Part shown: positions 1 through 11,180 of the stretch, one piece after another
How positions within the stretch are numbered: the stretch's first letter is position 1
Layout: every line of letters starts with the position of its first letter
Assembly (NCBI GenBank): GCA_004431415.1
Contig: QPMI01000623.1
Span: 1-64,000 of the forward strand
Direction: 5' to 3'
Source of the DNA: Cyanophora paradoxa CCMP329
Taxonomy: Eukaryota; Plantae; Glaucophyta
DNA length: 64,000 nucleotides
The notes under the pieces: model-generated
Told to the model about the DNA's origin: nothing
Database searches by the model: none
The model's input: the letters and a program-made list of their open reading frames with translations, nothing else
Made by a program: the position numbers and the translations under genes

Positions 1-1
1 C

Positions 2-330
2 GTGGGCCTCACGGGCGCGGCCCCCGGGCCCCCGCCCCCGCCGCCTTGCGCTCCGCTGAGGGGCGTTGGGGGGGCGCAGCGCACGCGTCGACGGAGGACC
101 ACGCGCAGTGCCTCCGCGTCGGCATGGATGCCGTCGTGCGCGCCCCGCCCCCGCGCCTCGCCCGGCTCCCCCCCGCCGCCGCCGCCCCGCCTCACCGCCC
201 CGCCCCGCAGATCACGAAGCCCATCCTCAAGGCCCGCCCCGCCCCGCTTCCCCTCGCCGGCCTCTGCTGACGGGCCCCGCAGGAGACGCTCCTCTCCACG
301 GTGCTCCAGTGGGCCATCCGCCCCGCCTGA
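2..330 (+). CDS. 3' end of a response-regulator receiver domain protein (probably hybrid histidine kinase), partial
   Basis: Exons 2-14, 80-135, 211-231, 283-330 splice to VGLTAHASTEDHAQCLRVGMDAVITKPILKETLLSTVLQWAIRPA*, matching the receiver C-terminal pattern LTA..D..C...GMD....KP. Confidence 0.8.
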
Positions 331-955
331 GGCCTGAGGCGACCCGTCTCTCTGCGGCCCCGCCCGCCGCTTGCGCCCCGCGCAACAGTCGGCGGGTGCG
401 CATCTACATCCGGCCCTTCCCTGGGACCTCCCAAGTCCACTCGCTTCACGCAACTAGAGACAGGATTCTTTTTTGTAGGGGTTTGGCGTGTCTTCGACCT
501 TTTTTCTCTCTGGCTGCCGCAGTGCACTGTGGCACCTTTACGTGTAGGAGCAAGGAAATTAAAGGTCCCAGGGTTATTTTCAGTATTGTTTGGAGCAGTT
601 ATTTTGCCTCGCGACCCGATGCCCGAAGGGTAACTATAGGCGTCCCTCGATGGTGCGATGTGCACGTGTTCCTGACTGTATCTCGATATTGGTATTGCGG
701 CTTCGAACTCACTGCTGTCATAGTGTGTTGTGTGCAGAGTGTATTTATCGATGCTGCCAGGCTCGAGCTCGCAGCCTGGCAGTACTTGATGCTTTATTCG
801 TTGATCGATTTTTGCTTGCTTTAATTTGCTTCACTTCTTGTTTGCAACCTTTTGAGTGGCCTAGTAGGTAAAAGACACAGTTGGCTTTTCGGCAGATCTA
901 GAGTCTATAGCTTGTTCTGAACAGGGTTTCTTATTCCTCGGCATACATCGATTTT

Positions 956-1397
956 ACTTGCGGGTCAATTCCGACCCCTGGCCTGCATGGCCTCAGATTT
1001 CATTCGCCCGCGCCCTGGCTGTATTTATCCACGATTTTCTCCGCGGGGCCGTAGCTATTGTTCGCATTTGGACACGTACTCAAAACGCAGGTCCGGGCTA
1101 CAAGTGTGGGAATGTACACTGCGGCCGCCGCGGCCGCGGGCCCAGCCCACCAGCGAACTGGCCGGCCGGGCCCTGCGTGGCCCCCTAAGGAGAGTAAGGA
1201 GAGTAAGGAGAGTCAGGCGTCCTAGTTACGATCGTAATCGCAGATCAAGGACGCCCTGGCTAACTTAGTAATCGTAATCGCAGATCAAAAGCTCAGGCGT
1301 CCTAGTTACGATCGTAATCGCAGATCAAGGACGCCCTGGCTAACTTAGTAATCGTAATCGTAATCGCAGATCAAAAGCTAAGGCGTCCTAGGACAAG
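956..1397. mobile_element. Putative non-autonomous insertion (139-bp conserved segment, GGAGAGTAA repeats, minisatellite) bounded by a 19-bp direct repeat
   Basis: CTCGGCATACATCGATTTT at 937-955 and 1398-1416; 1059-1197 is identical to 37977-38115. Confidence 0.5.
1213..1391. repeat. Minisatellite, about 80-bp unit x2 plus a partial copy, core TCGTAATCGCAGATCAA x4
   Basis: Units 1213-1292 and 1293-1378; each has a GGCGTCCT...AGGACGCC inverted repeat around the palindrome TTACGATCGTAA. Confidence 0.9.
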
Positions 1398-2281
1398 CTC
1401 GGCATACATCGATTTTTGCAAGGGGGGGTACCCCCTCCCTTGCTCCCCTGGTGAGTTGGTGCGGCGTACTTTCTGTTGTGCCGCCCACTTTCCGACTCCC
1501 AGCTAGCCCTGGTCGTCGGCTCTAAGCCGGCAGCTTGCCTTGCCTTGTACCCTTTGTAGCCTGCTATTCCTGGTGCCACGTTGTTGCCAACTGGCCCGCT
1601 TATTTTAGCCCTGGGCCCTCGCTTGCCCTGCGCGGCGCTCGCTTGCTGTCTGTCGTTCTTGTCCCTGTTCTCTGTACATTCCCACTTGTTCGGCTTCCGG
1701 AAGTCGCTGTCAGGCTTTTGATCTTGAGAATCGTTGAATTTGAAGGTTTTTCAACGGTTCAATCGCGCTGGCCGCGCTCATGATCCTGCCAAGCTGAAAA
1801 TTTTGAATTGCCGCACGTCGGCTTCTATATATGTGCACGTGACTTGCAATTGGAGCTGAGCGCGGCCAGCCTGGCGGATTGGAATTTTCCACTGACTCGT
1901 GAGAAATCACATTTACAGGTCTGGCCACTGGCCCAATTTACAGCCATGCTCACGATCAGTGTCACTAGTGCTACAGTACTGTACAGGTACGTATACATGG
2001 GGCAGATCCAGATACGGGCTCGGAGAGATCTAGAGTGCCCGAGGGGGCCAAACTCGCGCGCGGCCGCTGCACACAGAATTACAATGACCCGGAGGAAGCG
2101 CCTCTGAGAGTCTAGATCTCGAAGGGGCGGGAGGGACGCTGGAGCTGTACACGTGTCCGGCGAGGGCCACGGAGACGACGGCGCCGAGGAGGCCGTCTGC
2201 GCTGCCAGATGGCCCCGCGCCGCCTGCCGGGACACTCTCCAGGCCCCGTGCTTGCGCCACGGCCGTCGCCGGCGCCGTCTC

Positions 2282-5040
2282 TTAGAGAGTGTCGCGGCGG
2301 GCGGAGGGCGGGGAGGGGTCGGGGTCGCCCTCGGGGGTGGAGGCGGGGGCGGGGAGCATGGGGAGGGGGACGCCGGCGCCGTCGCTGACGATGCGCATCG
2401 CGCGCCGCAGCTGCCCGCACGCCTCCGCCGTCACCTGCCGCGCAGGGTTGGCGCACGCGGGGGCGGCGGGGGCGGCGCAAGGGGTGTGTTTGTGGGGGAT
2501 GGAGGGGGCGGGCCTGGGTGGCGAGGTCGGGGTCGAGGTGGCGGAAGGCGGGGGTGCGCGAGACGGCCTCGAAGCGCTGCACGATGTAGTCCAGGCAGAC
2601 CCGCTTCAGCTGCACCGCCGACGCGTGCTCCGCCACCTGCCCCCGCCCCCGCCCGTGAGGCCCCGCCCCAGGCCTGCGCGTGCGCGGCGGGGGCCCGGGC
2701 GGGGCGGGGGGCGCCTCGAGGACGGAGACGGCGTTCTCGTCGTCGACGTTGGCGCGGAGGAGGATCTCGCAGGCGCGCTTCAGGCGCGGCAGCTGCAGGA
2801 AGTTCGCCGCCACCAGCAGCTGCGCCCCCGACCGGCCCCGCCGTCGCCATCAGCGGGGGCGACGGGGCGGGGGGCTCGGGAGAGGCGCGCCTGGACGACG
2901 TTCTCGTCGCTGACGCACGCGACCGAGTCCGTCGTGATGTGCTCCAGGCAGCACTGCGCGCGCGCCCCGACGCGTCAGCCGCGGGCGCTGGCGTGTCGAG
3001 CCGCGGGCGCCGGCGTGTGGGGCGGCGCGGGCTCGACGCGGAGCGGGGCGGGGGGGCGGGCCTTGACGGCCTCGGGGTCGAGCTCGTCGAGCGCCACCGT
3101 CGACCCCTCCGCCCCCCCCGTGCCCCCGCCGCCCCCCGGGGCCCCCGCCCCGCCCTTGCCGTTCGGGCTCGCCACGGAGGCCCGCCGGTGGCGCCAGAGG
3201 GCGGCGAACCACTCGGAGCGGGCGCCGAGGAGGCCGCGCAGGGAGCGGAAGCGGCGGCCGCGGCAGGCGATGAACACCTCGCGCTCGCTCTCTTCCTCGC
3301 CATCCGACGCCTCGCTCCCCGCCGAGATGCGCCGCCTCAGGCTCCGCCCCGCCGACCCCGGCTCCGGCTCCTCGCGCCCGCGGCCCGCCCCCGCGCCCTC
3401 CTCCGTCTCCATGGCAGCCGGGCGGGGGCCTCCGCGGCGGGCGCTGGGGCCTCGAGGGCGGCGGCGAGGGCGGCGCGGCCCTCGGCGGTGGCGTACGGCG
3501 CCGCGGCGTCCCCGCGAGCTTCCGCAGGTCCTCCCCCAGCGACCCCGGCACCTGCCGCCCCCTCAGAGCGCGCCGGGGCGGGCGGGGCGGGGCCGAGCGG
3601 GGCGGGGGACGGGCCTCGGGCATGGCGAGGGCGCTCTTGCGCTCGGAGGCGAAGCGGGCGGCCATGACCTCGACCGCCGTCGGCACCTGCAGGTCCCCGT
3701 ACCGCACGCTCGCCAGCACCTGCCCCGCCCCGCCCCGCTGCAGCCGGGCCGCCGGCGCCGGCGGGGCGGCCGGCGGGCGCACCTCGGGGCGAGGGGGCGG
3801 CCGGCGGCGTCCTTGCGGATGCGGAGCAGCTCGCAGCCGCACGGCGTCACCAGCACGCCCCCGGGCCGCAGCAGCTCCTGCAGCGCCTTGACCTGCCCCC
3901 CGCGCTCGCGCGAGGCCGGCCGGCGGGGCGGGGCGGGGCGGGGCGGCGGGCCTTCTCGCGGGGGCAGGAGGCGCCGACGTGGATGCGGTCGAAGGTCTCG
4001 TCGGCGGGGTCGAGGAGGAAGACGTTGCGGCGGGCGAAGGTGGCGGGGCAGGGGGTGTCGGGGTGCGCCTCCCGCCAGCGGCGAACGTTCCCCTCGCCGA
4101 ACTCCACGATGTCGTCCCGGATGTCGATCCCCAGCGCGTGCCCGCACACGTGCGCCGCCACCGCCGTCAGCAGCCCGCACCCTGCCCCCACAACGCGATC
4201 GCAACGCGCGCGCTGTACGCGTCGGGCGCCGGCTCGGCGCGCGCGGACCGCTCCCCACGTCGAGAAACTTCATTCCCGGGTCGAGCTCCAGCCTGCAGAT
4301 TCAAGATTTGAATTTACACGCGCGGCGATGCGTGCAGAAAGCCGAATCGGCGGGTCGCGATCGCACGATTGAAGACATTGGCCGTGCATGTGCGGCGCGC
4401 TAACGTTCACCCCGAACCGTTCTGGCGAACGAAAGTGTAAAGAAAGGAACATTAAGGCCGGTGGCAGGGGCGAACCCATGCGAATGGCTGCGCGGATCGA
4501 AAAAGATATCGATCGGCGCGCGACGTACGCGTCGACGTCACGCGCGCATTTAGGCGACAGAAACTCGACGCACGCTGGTCTTCGTAGGCCTCATCTTGAT
4601 TCTCCTCGGGCACGAACGCCTTTCTGCGGAAGCGTCGGCCCGTGGACAGCGCACGTATGCATATGCATCAAGCTTAAGGCGCGCACCGATCAAACAAGAG
4701 GAAGGCCCGCTCCAGGGGTTCTTCGATGATCCCCGACCTCTTCAAGCCCTGTGCATGCGAGTATACGTAAAGCGCTGATCATGACTGCGAGAGGAATCGC
4801 GGCGCAGCGGCACAAAGCGTCCGCTGCGCCGTCGGGAGGCCGATCTAAACGGACACACAATCTGAATCTGGTTCAGCTGCGCACCCTAACGAGTTCGGCG
4901 TTGCTGGAGGCGGCCGGGCGGCTGCGAAAGAGCAGTGCCTGATAGATTTGCGCCAGAGCCGCCTGATTCCCCGCTCCTGCGGCGGCTCCCGCGAACGCGA
5001 ACGGCTGCTGTTCATCGTCCGAGTCGCCGTGGGCCGACAT
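2282..5040 (-). CDS. Protein-L-isoaspartate O-methyltransferase-like domain fused to BTB/POZ-BACK
   Basis: Spliced peptides SSNAELV..GLKRSGIIEEPLERAFLLFDRKAFVP..AYEDQP, NVSAPHMHGQCLQ, FLDVGSGCGLLTA, FDRIHVGA, LLRPGGVLVTP, then SLGEDLRKL, VFIACRGRRF..LLGARSEWFAAL, LLVAANFLQLPRLKRACE, LKRVCLDYIVQRFEAV. Needs about two 1-nt homopolymer corrections near 3415-3515. Confidence 0.8.
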
Positions 5041-5099
5041 GGTCAGTGTGGGGGGTAGAGGGTCACATTGGGGGTAGACGCGCCGTCCAACTTTCGTCC

Positions 5100-5130
5100 A
5101 AAAGTTAGCTGCAGTACGGCCTCCGGTAGC
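5100..5130 (+). promoter_or_regulatory. 31-nt leader/promoter motif, copy 1
   Basis: AAAAGTTAGCTGCAGTACGGCCTCCGGTAGC, 12 nt upstream of ATG 5143; 28/31 identical to 37259-37289 (minus). Confidence 0.5.
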
Positions 5131-5142
5131 GCCTGGGCTTGT

Positions 5143-6394
5143 ATGGAAGAGCTGGAGGCGCTTCGGAGCGCGTACGAGGCTTCGCGGGCATGCGTGATGC
5201 TCCGGAACGCGCTCCGGGCACAGCGCGGATGCAGGCAACCTCTACGCCTGGTGCTGACGCGCGACCGCTGCCCCCGCGCGCCCTCTCCTCACCTGCGCGC
5301 GCAGAACGTGTTTGACTTCGACGGGACGCTCTTCTCGACGCAGCTGCCCGACACGGGCAAGGCGCTGTACGCGGAGCTCACGGGGCGGTGCGCGTGGGAG
5401 CGGCCGCGCGCAGCGGCTGGGCTGATGAGCTTTGCAGGCCGTGGCCGTTTGGCGGCTGGTGGGGCCGCCCCGAGTCCCTGCGCCCGCCGCTGCCGGCGCC
5501 GGCGGGGCCGGCGCTGGCGGCCTTCTTCGAGGAGATCCAGCGGCGGGAGGCGCTCACGGTGATGATGACGGGCCGCATCGCCGGACTGCGCCATGAAGGT
5601 CCGCCCCGCCCCGCCACCCCGCGCGCGCCCAGTGCGGGGCCGGGCGCCGGCGCTGACGCGGGGGCGCAGTGGAGCGGATCCTGAGCGGGGCTGGTGCGCG
5701 CCCCCACTTCAACCTCTTCAAGGTCTCCGAGTGGGAGGCGCGCGGGCCCCGCCGGCCCCGCCCCGCCGCGCCCGGGGTGCTCAGCCGCAGCAGACGATCG
5801 TCGAGAAGCGGCTGAACGTGCTCGAGCTCTGCCGCCAGCTCCCCTCCCTGCGCGAGGCCCGCCCCCGCCCCGTCCCGAGCGATCGGTCGGGGGGCGGGGA
5901 GGGGGGCGAGCGGCGGGGGCGGGGGCAGGTGTGGATCTGGGAGGACAACGCGGAGCACGCGGCGCACTTCGCCGCCCTCGAGCCCGCCATCGCCCCCGTC
6001 GCCCTCCGGGCCCGCCCCCGCCCCCGCCCGCCCCCTCCTCGCCCCCCCTCCCCGCCTCTGACACCCCCCGCCCCCGCAGGTCCTCCTCGCCACCCCGGAC
6101 GGCTGCCGGCCCTTCTCCTTGCCGGCCCCCGCCCCCGCACTCGCCCCCGCCCCCGCCCCCCCACCTGCCCCCGCCCCTCCGCGGGGCCTGGTACCCCTCG
6201 CGACGCTCCTTGGCGAGGGCCGCGCGGGGCTCCCCAGCGCTGGGCCGACCAGCGCGGAGCGCAGCCGGCCCAGCAGCGGGGAGGCCCCGGGCCCGCCCCC
6301 GAAGCGGCCCCGGGGGCGGGGCGAGCCCGGCGCGCAGACGGGCCCCGCAGCGCAGCGGGGCGGCCCTGCGGCGTCAGACCGAACCGCTTTGTGA
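5143..6394 (+). CDS. HAD-superfamily phosphatase, Swiss-army-knife RNA-repair type (HAD_SAK_1-like), copy 1
   Basis: LNVFDFDGTLF motif I, GWWGRPESL, TVMMTGR motif II, IWED motif IV. Confidence 0.75.
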
Positions 6395-6502
6395 TCGAGA
6401 ACCGCACAGAGAGCTGCAAGCGAGGAACTCGAGCGGGGACGGGGGAGGGGCGAGGAGGAGGGGAGGCGAGAGGGGTACGGGTCGCGCATGCCGCAGGGGC
6501 GG

Positions 6503-7893
6503 CTAGAAGATCTCGGCGAGGGCGCGGCGGAAGGGGGTGAAGGAGAAGCCAGGGTAGTCCTCGAGGAGGCGGGAGCAGTCGAGCTCGGTGTTGGGCGGGC
6601 GCGGGTGCCTGGAGACGCTCTTGGCGGGGACGGGACGGAGCACGGCGACCTCGTGGCCCCGGTGCGCCGCCAGCGCCAGCGCCAGCTCGTACCGCTGCCC
6701 CCTCCCGTGAGGGGCCCCGCGGCGCGAGTCGGGGCCGAGGGGCGAGCGCGGCTCACGGAGAGGTTCTCGGGGCCGCCCATGTGGTAGACGGCGTGCGGGG
6801 GGGGCCGCCCCGCCCCAAACTCGTCCACCATCCTCCGCACCCGCGGGGGCGTCACGCGCGGCGGGCGGGGAAGGAAGCGGGAGGGGTACGGGGCGCACGA
6901 GGCGGGCGACATCGCGCACGTACAGCGCGCTGCGGTACTCGTCCGCGAAGCACGTGAAGGCCTGGGGGTACAGGCTCGACGGGGGCGAGGCAGGGGCGGG
7001 GGCGGGACGGGCTCGCCTCGTAGGGTTGCCCCGCGCGGTGCGCCGCCGTCGCGGCGGCGAGCTTCTGCTCGAAGAACTGGCGGGCGGTGTCGGAGCGAGG
7101 CGGCAAGAGGCGGGCGGGGGGCGGCGGGGGACCTGGAGGAAGCAGGAGCGGTTGGTGGTGGTGGCGGCGGCGGGGCCGTACTCGAGGGCGCTGCGGAGGC
7201 TCGCGTGCGCGCCGCGCCACTCGCGCCCCAGCAGCCCCTCCGCCTCCAGCTTCGAGGCCCCGTACGCGCAGATCGGCGTCGCCTCGCGCCCCTCGTCGTA
7301 CGGCGTCGGGCCCTCCCCGTCGAACACCCTGCAGCGCCCGCCCGCTCGCCGGGCGCGGGGCGCGAGGGCGCGAGGCGGGGCGGGGCGCAGGAAGGGCACA
7401 GGTCGGTGGACATGTTGAGGAGGAGGGCGCGCTTGTTGGGGAGGAGCTTGAGCAGGTTGCCCGTGCCCGCCACGTTCACCGCCCGCGCCCGCTCCGGCTG
7501 CTCCTCCGCCTCTACCGTGTTCGCCTGCCGCCCGTCGGCCCCCGCGCCGCCCCGCGCCCCCGCGCCGCCCCGCGCCGCGGCTGGCGCACGATGGCGGCGA
7601 GGTGAACGACGGCCTGCGGGTCCCAGGCGGCGATCCGGGCCGCGTCGGCTTCGGCGGGGTCCGCAAGGTCGATGCGCGCCGCCTGCGCGCCGGGGAGCTC
7701 GACCGGGTGCGTGTTGTACGTCACCAGCACCTGCGAGTCGAAGCCGGCTTTCAGCCACGCAGCTGCAGCCTACGGCCACTCGTTGCGGCCGGTCGCGGGC
7801 GGCGCGCGTCGGGCGAACCTCGTGGTCCGGCACCAGGCGCTCGACCACGAACGGCGCGACGAAGCCGGAGCCTCCCGTCACGAGCACGCGCAT
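6503..7893 (-). CDS. RmlD / MAT2B-like extended SDR (dTDP-4-dehydrorhamnose reductase family)
   Basis: MRVLVTGGSGFV, VVHLAAI, AVNV.GT.NL, STDLVFDG, YGASK (YxxxK), DEYRSALYVRDVA, YHMGGPE, RPPNTELDCS. Confidence 0.9.
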
Positions 7894-8036
7894 GGCGCCG
7901 GCAGGAGCGAGCTTGGCGAGGTCGACGAGCGAGCCAGCAAGAGTTGCGATACCCCCCACGGCAGTTGCCGGGTTGCCGGTTGCAGCTTCAACACAGCTGC
8001 AGCTTCAGCGCATTGGCAGCATAGCACATTCTGGCG

Positions 8037-10889
8037 ATGACGATGCCGCGCGCACGGGTGTTCGGCGCGCTGGCGATTCTCCTGGCGCTCCTCGCGCCCG
8101 CTGCGTGCGCCCCAGCGCAGGACGACGACGCGCCGGCTCCGCCTCCGCGAACGCCGACGCCGTCGCCGACGCCGCTGCCCTGCGAGGCGAACAGGGTGAG
8201 CGACATCGATGACGCTTGGCCCTGCGAGGAGAGCTCGAGACGACTCGCGCGCGTGCCTGACCGGATAGCGCGCTCTCAGAATTGCCTCGGCTGCCTCGCT
8301 TCGCCTCGTGGGTGCTCGTGGTGCCCCTGGGTCCGTCGTCCTCCGCTCGGGCTGCGCTGCCGGCGCATGCGCATTCCGAGGGCTCTCCCCGGCAGGACTC
8401 GTCGTGCGTGAGCCCGGCGTCTGCGCCGCGAAAGTACTGCATGGCGTCGCTGCGGGTGGCGGGCGACACGTGCGACGGCGCCGTCGTCGTGCAGCGGCCG
8501 GACCCGCGGCCCGTCGCCTCCCCGCGGGAGCCCCTGTGGGCCCTCGAACAGACCTACGACGTCGTCTGGGCCACCACCCGCATCCCCCTGAACACCGCGC
8601 GCCCCGCGCCCGCCCCGCAGCTTCCCCACGGCCAGCGCCGACGGCCGTGCTGACGCGGAGTCGGGGCGGCGGATGCGCAGGAGATGACCGTGAGCCTCCA
8701 GAAGGGCGGCATCACCGTCTCCTCCTTCTCGACGACGAACTCGGGCCGTGCCAAGCGCGCCGCACGCCCCGCGCACGCGCGCTCCGGCACCGCTGAGGCC
8801 CAGGCCCGGGGCGCCGCAGGCTGACGGTGCCGGAGCGGGCGCCGCCGGGCCCGTCGTACCGGGTGCGGGTGGCGCGGGCGGACGACCCTCGCGTGGACGG
8901 CTGGAGCTGGGAGTTCAGCTTGCTCGGCGCGTCCCCGCGCCCCGCGCCCCGCGCGCCGCGCCGCGCGCCGCGCCGAGGGCCCTGGCGAGGCGGGGCGGGG
9001 CGGGGCGCAGCGGAGGCGCAGGCGATCCGCGTGGAGGAGCCGGCGGGGGGCGCGCTGCTGGAGATCGGGAAGGAGGCGCGCGTCTTCTGGCGCTCCACCG
9101 CCATCAGCGCCGACACCACCATCCTCCTCGAGCTCTGCCGCGCCGGCGGCCCGCCCCCCCCCCCGCCCCGCCCCCCCTGCCGGCTCGGGCCGACGGCGGC
9201 GGTGCGCAGAGGCGCGAGCGCTGCAGGCGCTGGGGCGGGTGCGGCTGGGGACGAACAACCTGACCTTCGCGGTGCCGGCGCTGCCCACCAGCGGCGACTA
9301 CTTCGTGCGCGCCTCGGGCACCGACTCGGACGGCCGCGCCCACTCCGCCGACGGCGACCTCTTTCAAGTCACCGGCGCGCCCCCGGCCGCGGGCCCCGCC
9401 CGCCCCGGCGCAGGGGGCGAGCTGGGAGGCCGGCGCGCTGACTCGAGGCGGGGGTGGCAGACAAGAACGTGAGCGTGGGGAGCCCGCGGGGCTCGACCCT
9501 CTGGGGCCTCGGCCAGACCGTCTCCCTCAAGTGGGCCACCACCGTGCGCCCGCCCCTTCCCGGCCCCCCGCCCCCGCCCCCGCCTCCGCTCACGGCCTCG
9601 GGGCGGGGCAGAACATGGGCCCCGCGGAGGCCTTCGTCGTCGGCCTCTGGTGCCCCCCCGCGCGCCCCGCCCCGCCCCCGCCCCTCACTCCCCGCAGGCA
9701 GGACAACTTCATGAAGGACCCCGGGACCAACGGCACGGTGCGCCGGCACGCGCGCGGCTCGGTGGCGCCACGCCCGGTGCGAGCTCGGGCGGGGGCGGCG
9801 CAGCTGCGGCTGGAGCCGACGTTCGTGACGTGGATCGCCCCGCGGGAGGCGCCCCTCCCGAACCGTGGGCAGGCGCGCTGGCGGGTGCCGGGGGAGCTCC
9901 CCCCCGGCATCAACTACTTCGTGGCCCTCGCGGCGGCCGCCGAGCCGCGCCTCGCCGCCCGCTCCCCGACCTTCGTGCCCCTCCCCGCTCCTCTCCGCCC
10001 GCTCCCCAGGGGTCGAGGGCTTGCGTGCCGCAGGCCATCATCGCCGAGCCGCAGGCGGTGACCCTCGTGCGCCCGGCGCGCGGGGCCGCCGCCGTGCAGG
10101 GCAAGCCCCTCGAGATCGTCTGGAAGTTCACCTCCATCCCCTCCGGCCCGCCCCTGCCCCGCCGCGCCGCTAGCGGGGAGTGCGGGGGAGGGCGACTGAG
10201 GGTGCGGGGCAGACGCGCGGGTGGACCTGGCGCTGTACAACGCGACGGAGGCCCCGCTTGCCTTCCCCGACGAGCCCGCCCTCGCCCCGGCCCCCGGGGC
10301 CGCCCTCTTCCCCGCCCAGGGCCTCCTCTACCTCCCCGGTGCCCACGCCCTCTGGCGCCTTGGCCCCCGCGCCCCCGCTGCGGCGGCCGACGCGGGCTCT
10401 GCGGGCGGCAGGGAGCAACGTGACGGGGGGGCCCTCGAACCTCACCCTCGGCGAGTGGTCCCTCTGGTGGCCCGGTGCCCTCGCCCCTTACCTCCTTCCC
10501 CCCCGCCCCCGCCCCCGCCGCCGACCGCGGAGGCCAGTGCCGCGGGAGCTGCCGGCGGGGGGCACGTACTTCCTCGTGGCGCGCGTGGCGGAGCCGGACA
10601 CGGACCGCGTGCACTTCGGCGTCTCCGCCGCCTTCACGGCCGTCGAGCCGCCCTCCATCCACTCCTCCCTCCTCGTCGTCGGCGCGCGCCCCCCCTCCGC
10701 CCCCCTCCCCGGGGAATCGGCCCCCGCCTCGCTGACGGATCCCCCGCAGGCATCATCGTCGCCGTCGCCGGCGCCTTCGGCGTCGCCCTCGGCGTCGGCC
10801 TCGCCGTCCGCGCCTTCCGCCGCCGCGGCGCCAAGGCCGAGGCCGACCCCAAGCGCCGCCCCGCCGCCGCGCCCGGCCTCGCCCTCTAG
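8037..10889 (+). CDS. Type I membrane protein: signal peptide, PSI-like Cys domain, four Ig-like beta repeats, TM helix
   Basis: Hydrophobic N-terminus, NCLGCLASPRGCSWCP..C, repeats of the form P..G..W..G....v.W ...W.VP..LP.G..Y.V, TM GIIVAVAGAFGVALGVGLAV followed by RAFRRR. Confidence 0.7.
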
Positions 10890-11180
10890 CCCAGGAGCGC
10901 GTGCAGTGCAGGGCACGCGTGCAGCGGCCGCTGCTTTAACTTATTGTGTTATGTCGCATCCAGTGCAGCGCAGACTCTAGATTTAGGGGCGCGAAGCGCC
11001 GCGAGCCCGTACAACTTTGTCGATTCGAAGCCGAGAGCAGGTTGATTGCACGAGAGCTCGCTGCCTGCATCGCACGAGGGGAGGCGGGGGGCGGGTGACG
11101 AGGGCGGGGGGAGGGACTGGGCGCAAGGAAGAGGGCCTAGGGGTCCGTAGGGGACGGTGGGCGGGGGCGGGGCGGGGGCG

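Noticed and set aside
420-2100. Transposase or RT coding sequence
   Set aside because: No DDE, RT or HUH motifs recognised in any frame.
3415-3515. Programmed frameshifting in PCMT-BTB (and BT1 at 41389)
   Set aside because: Shifts fall in G/C homopolymers, better explained by assembly indels.
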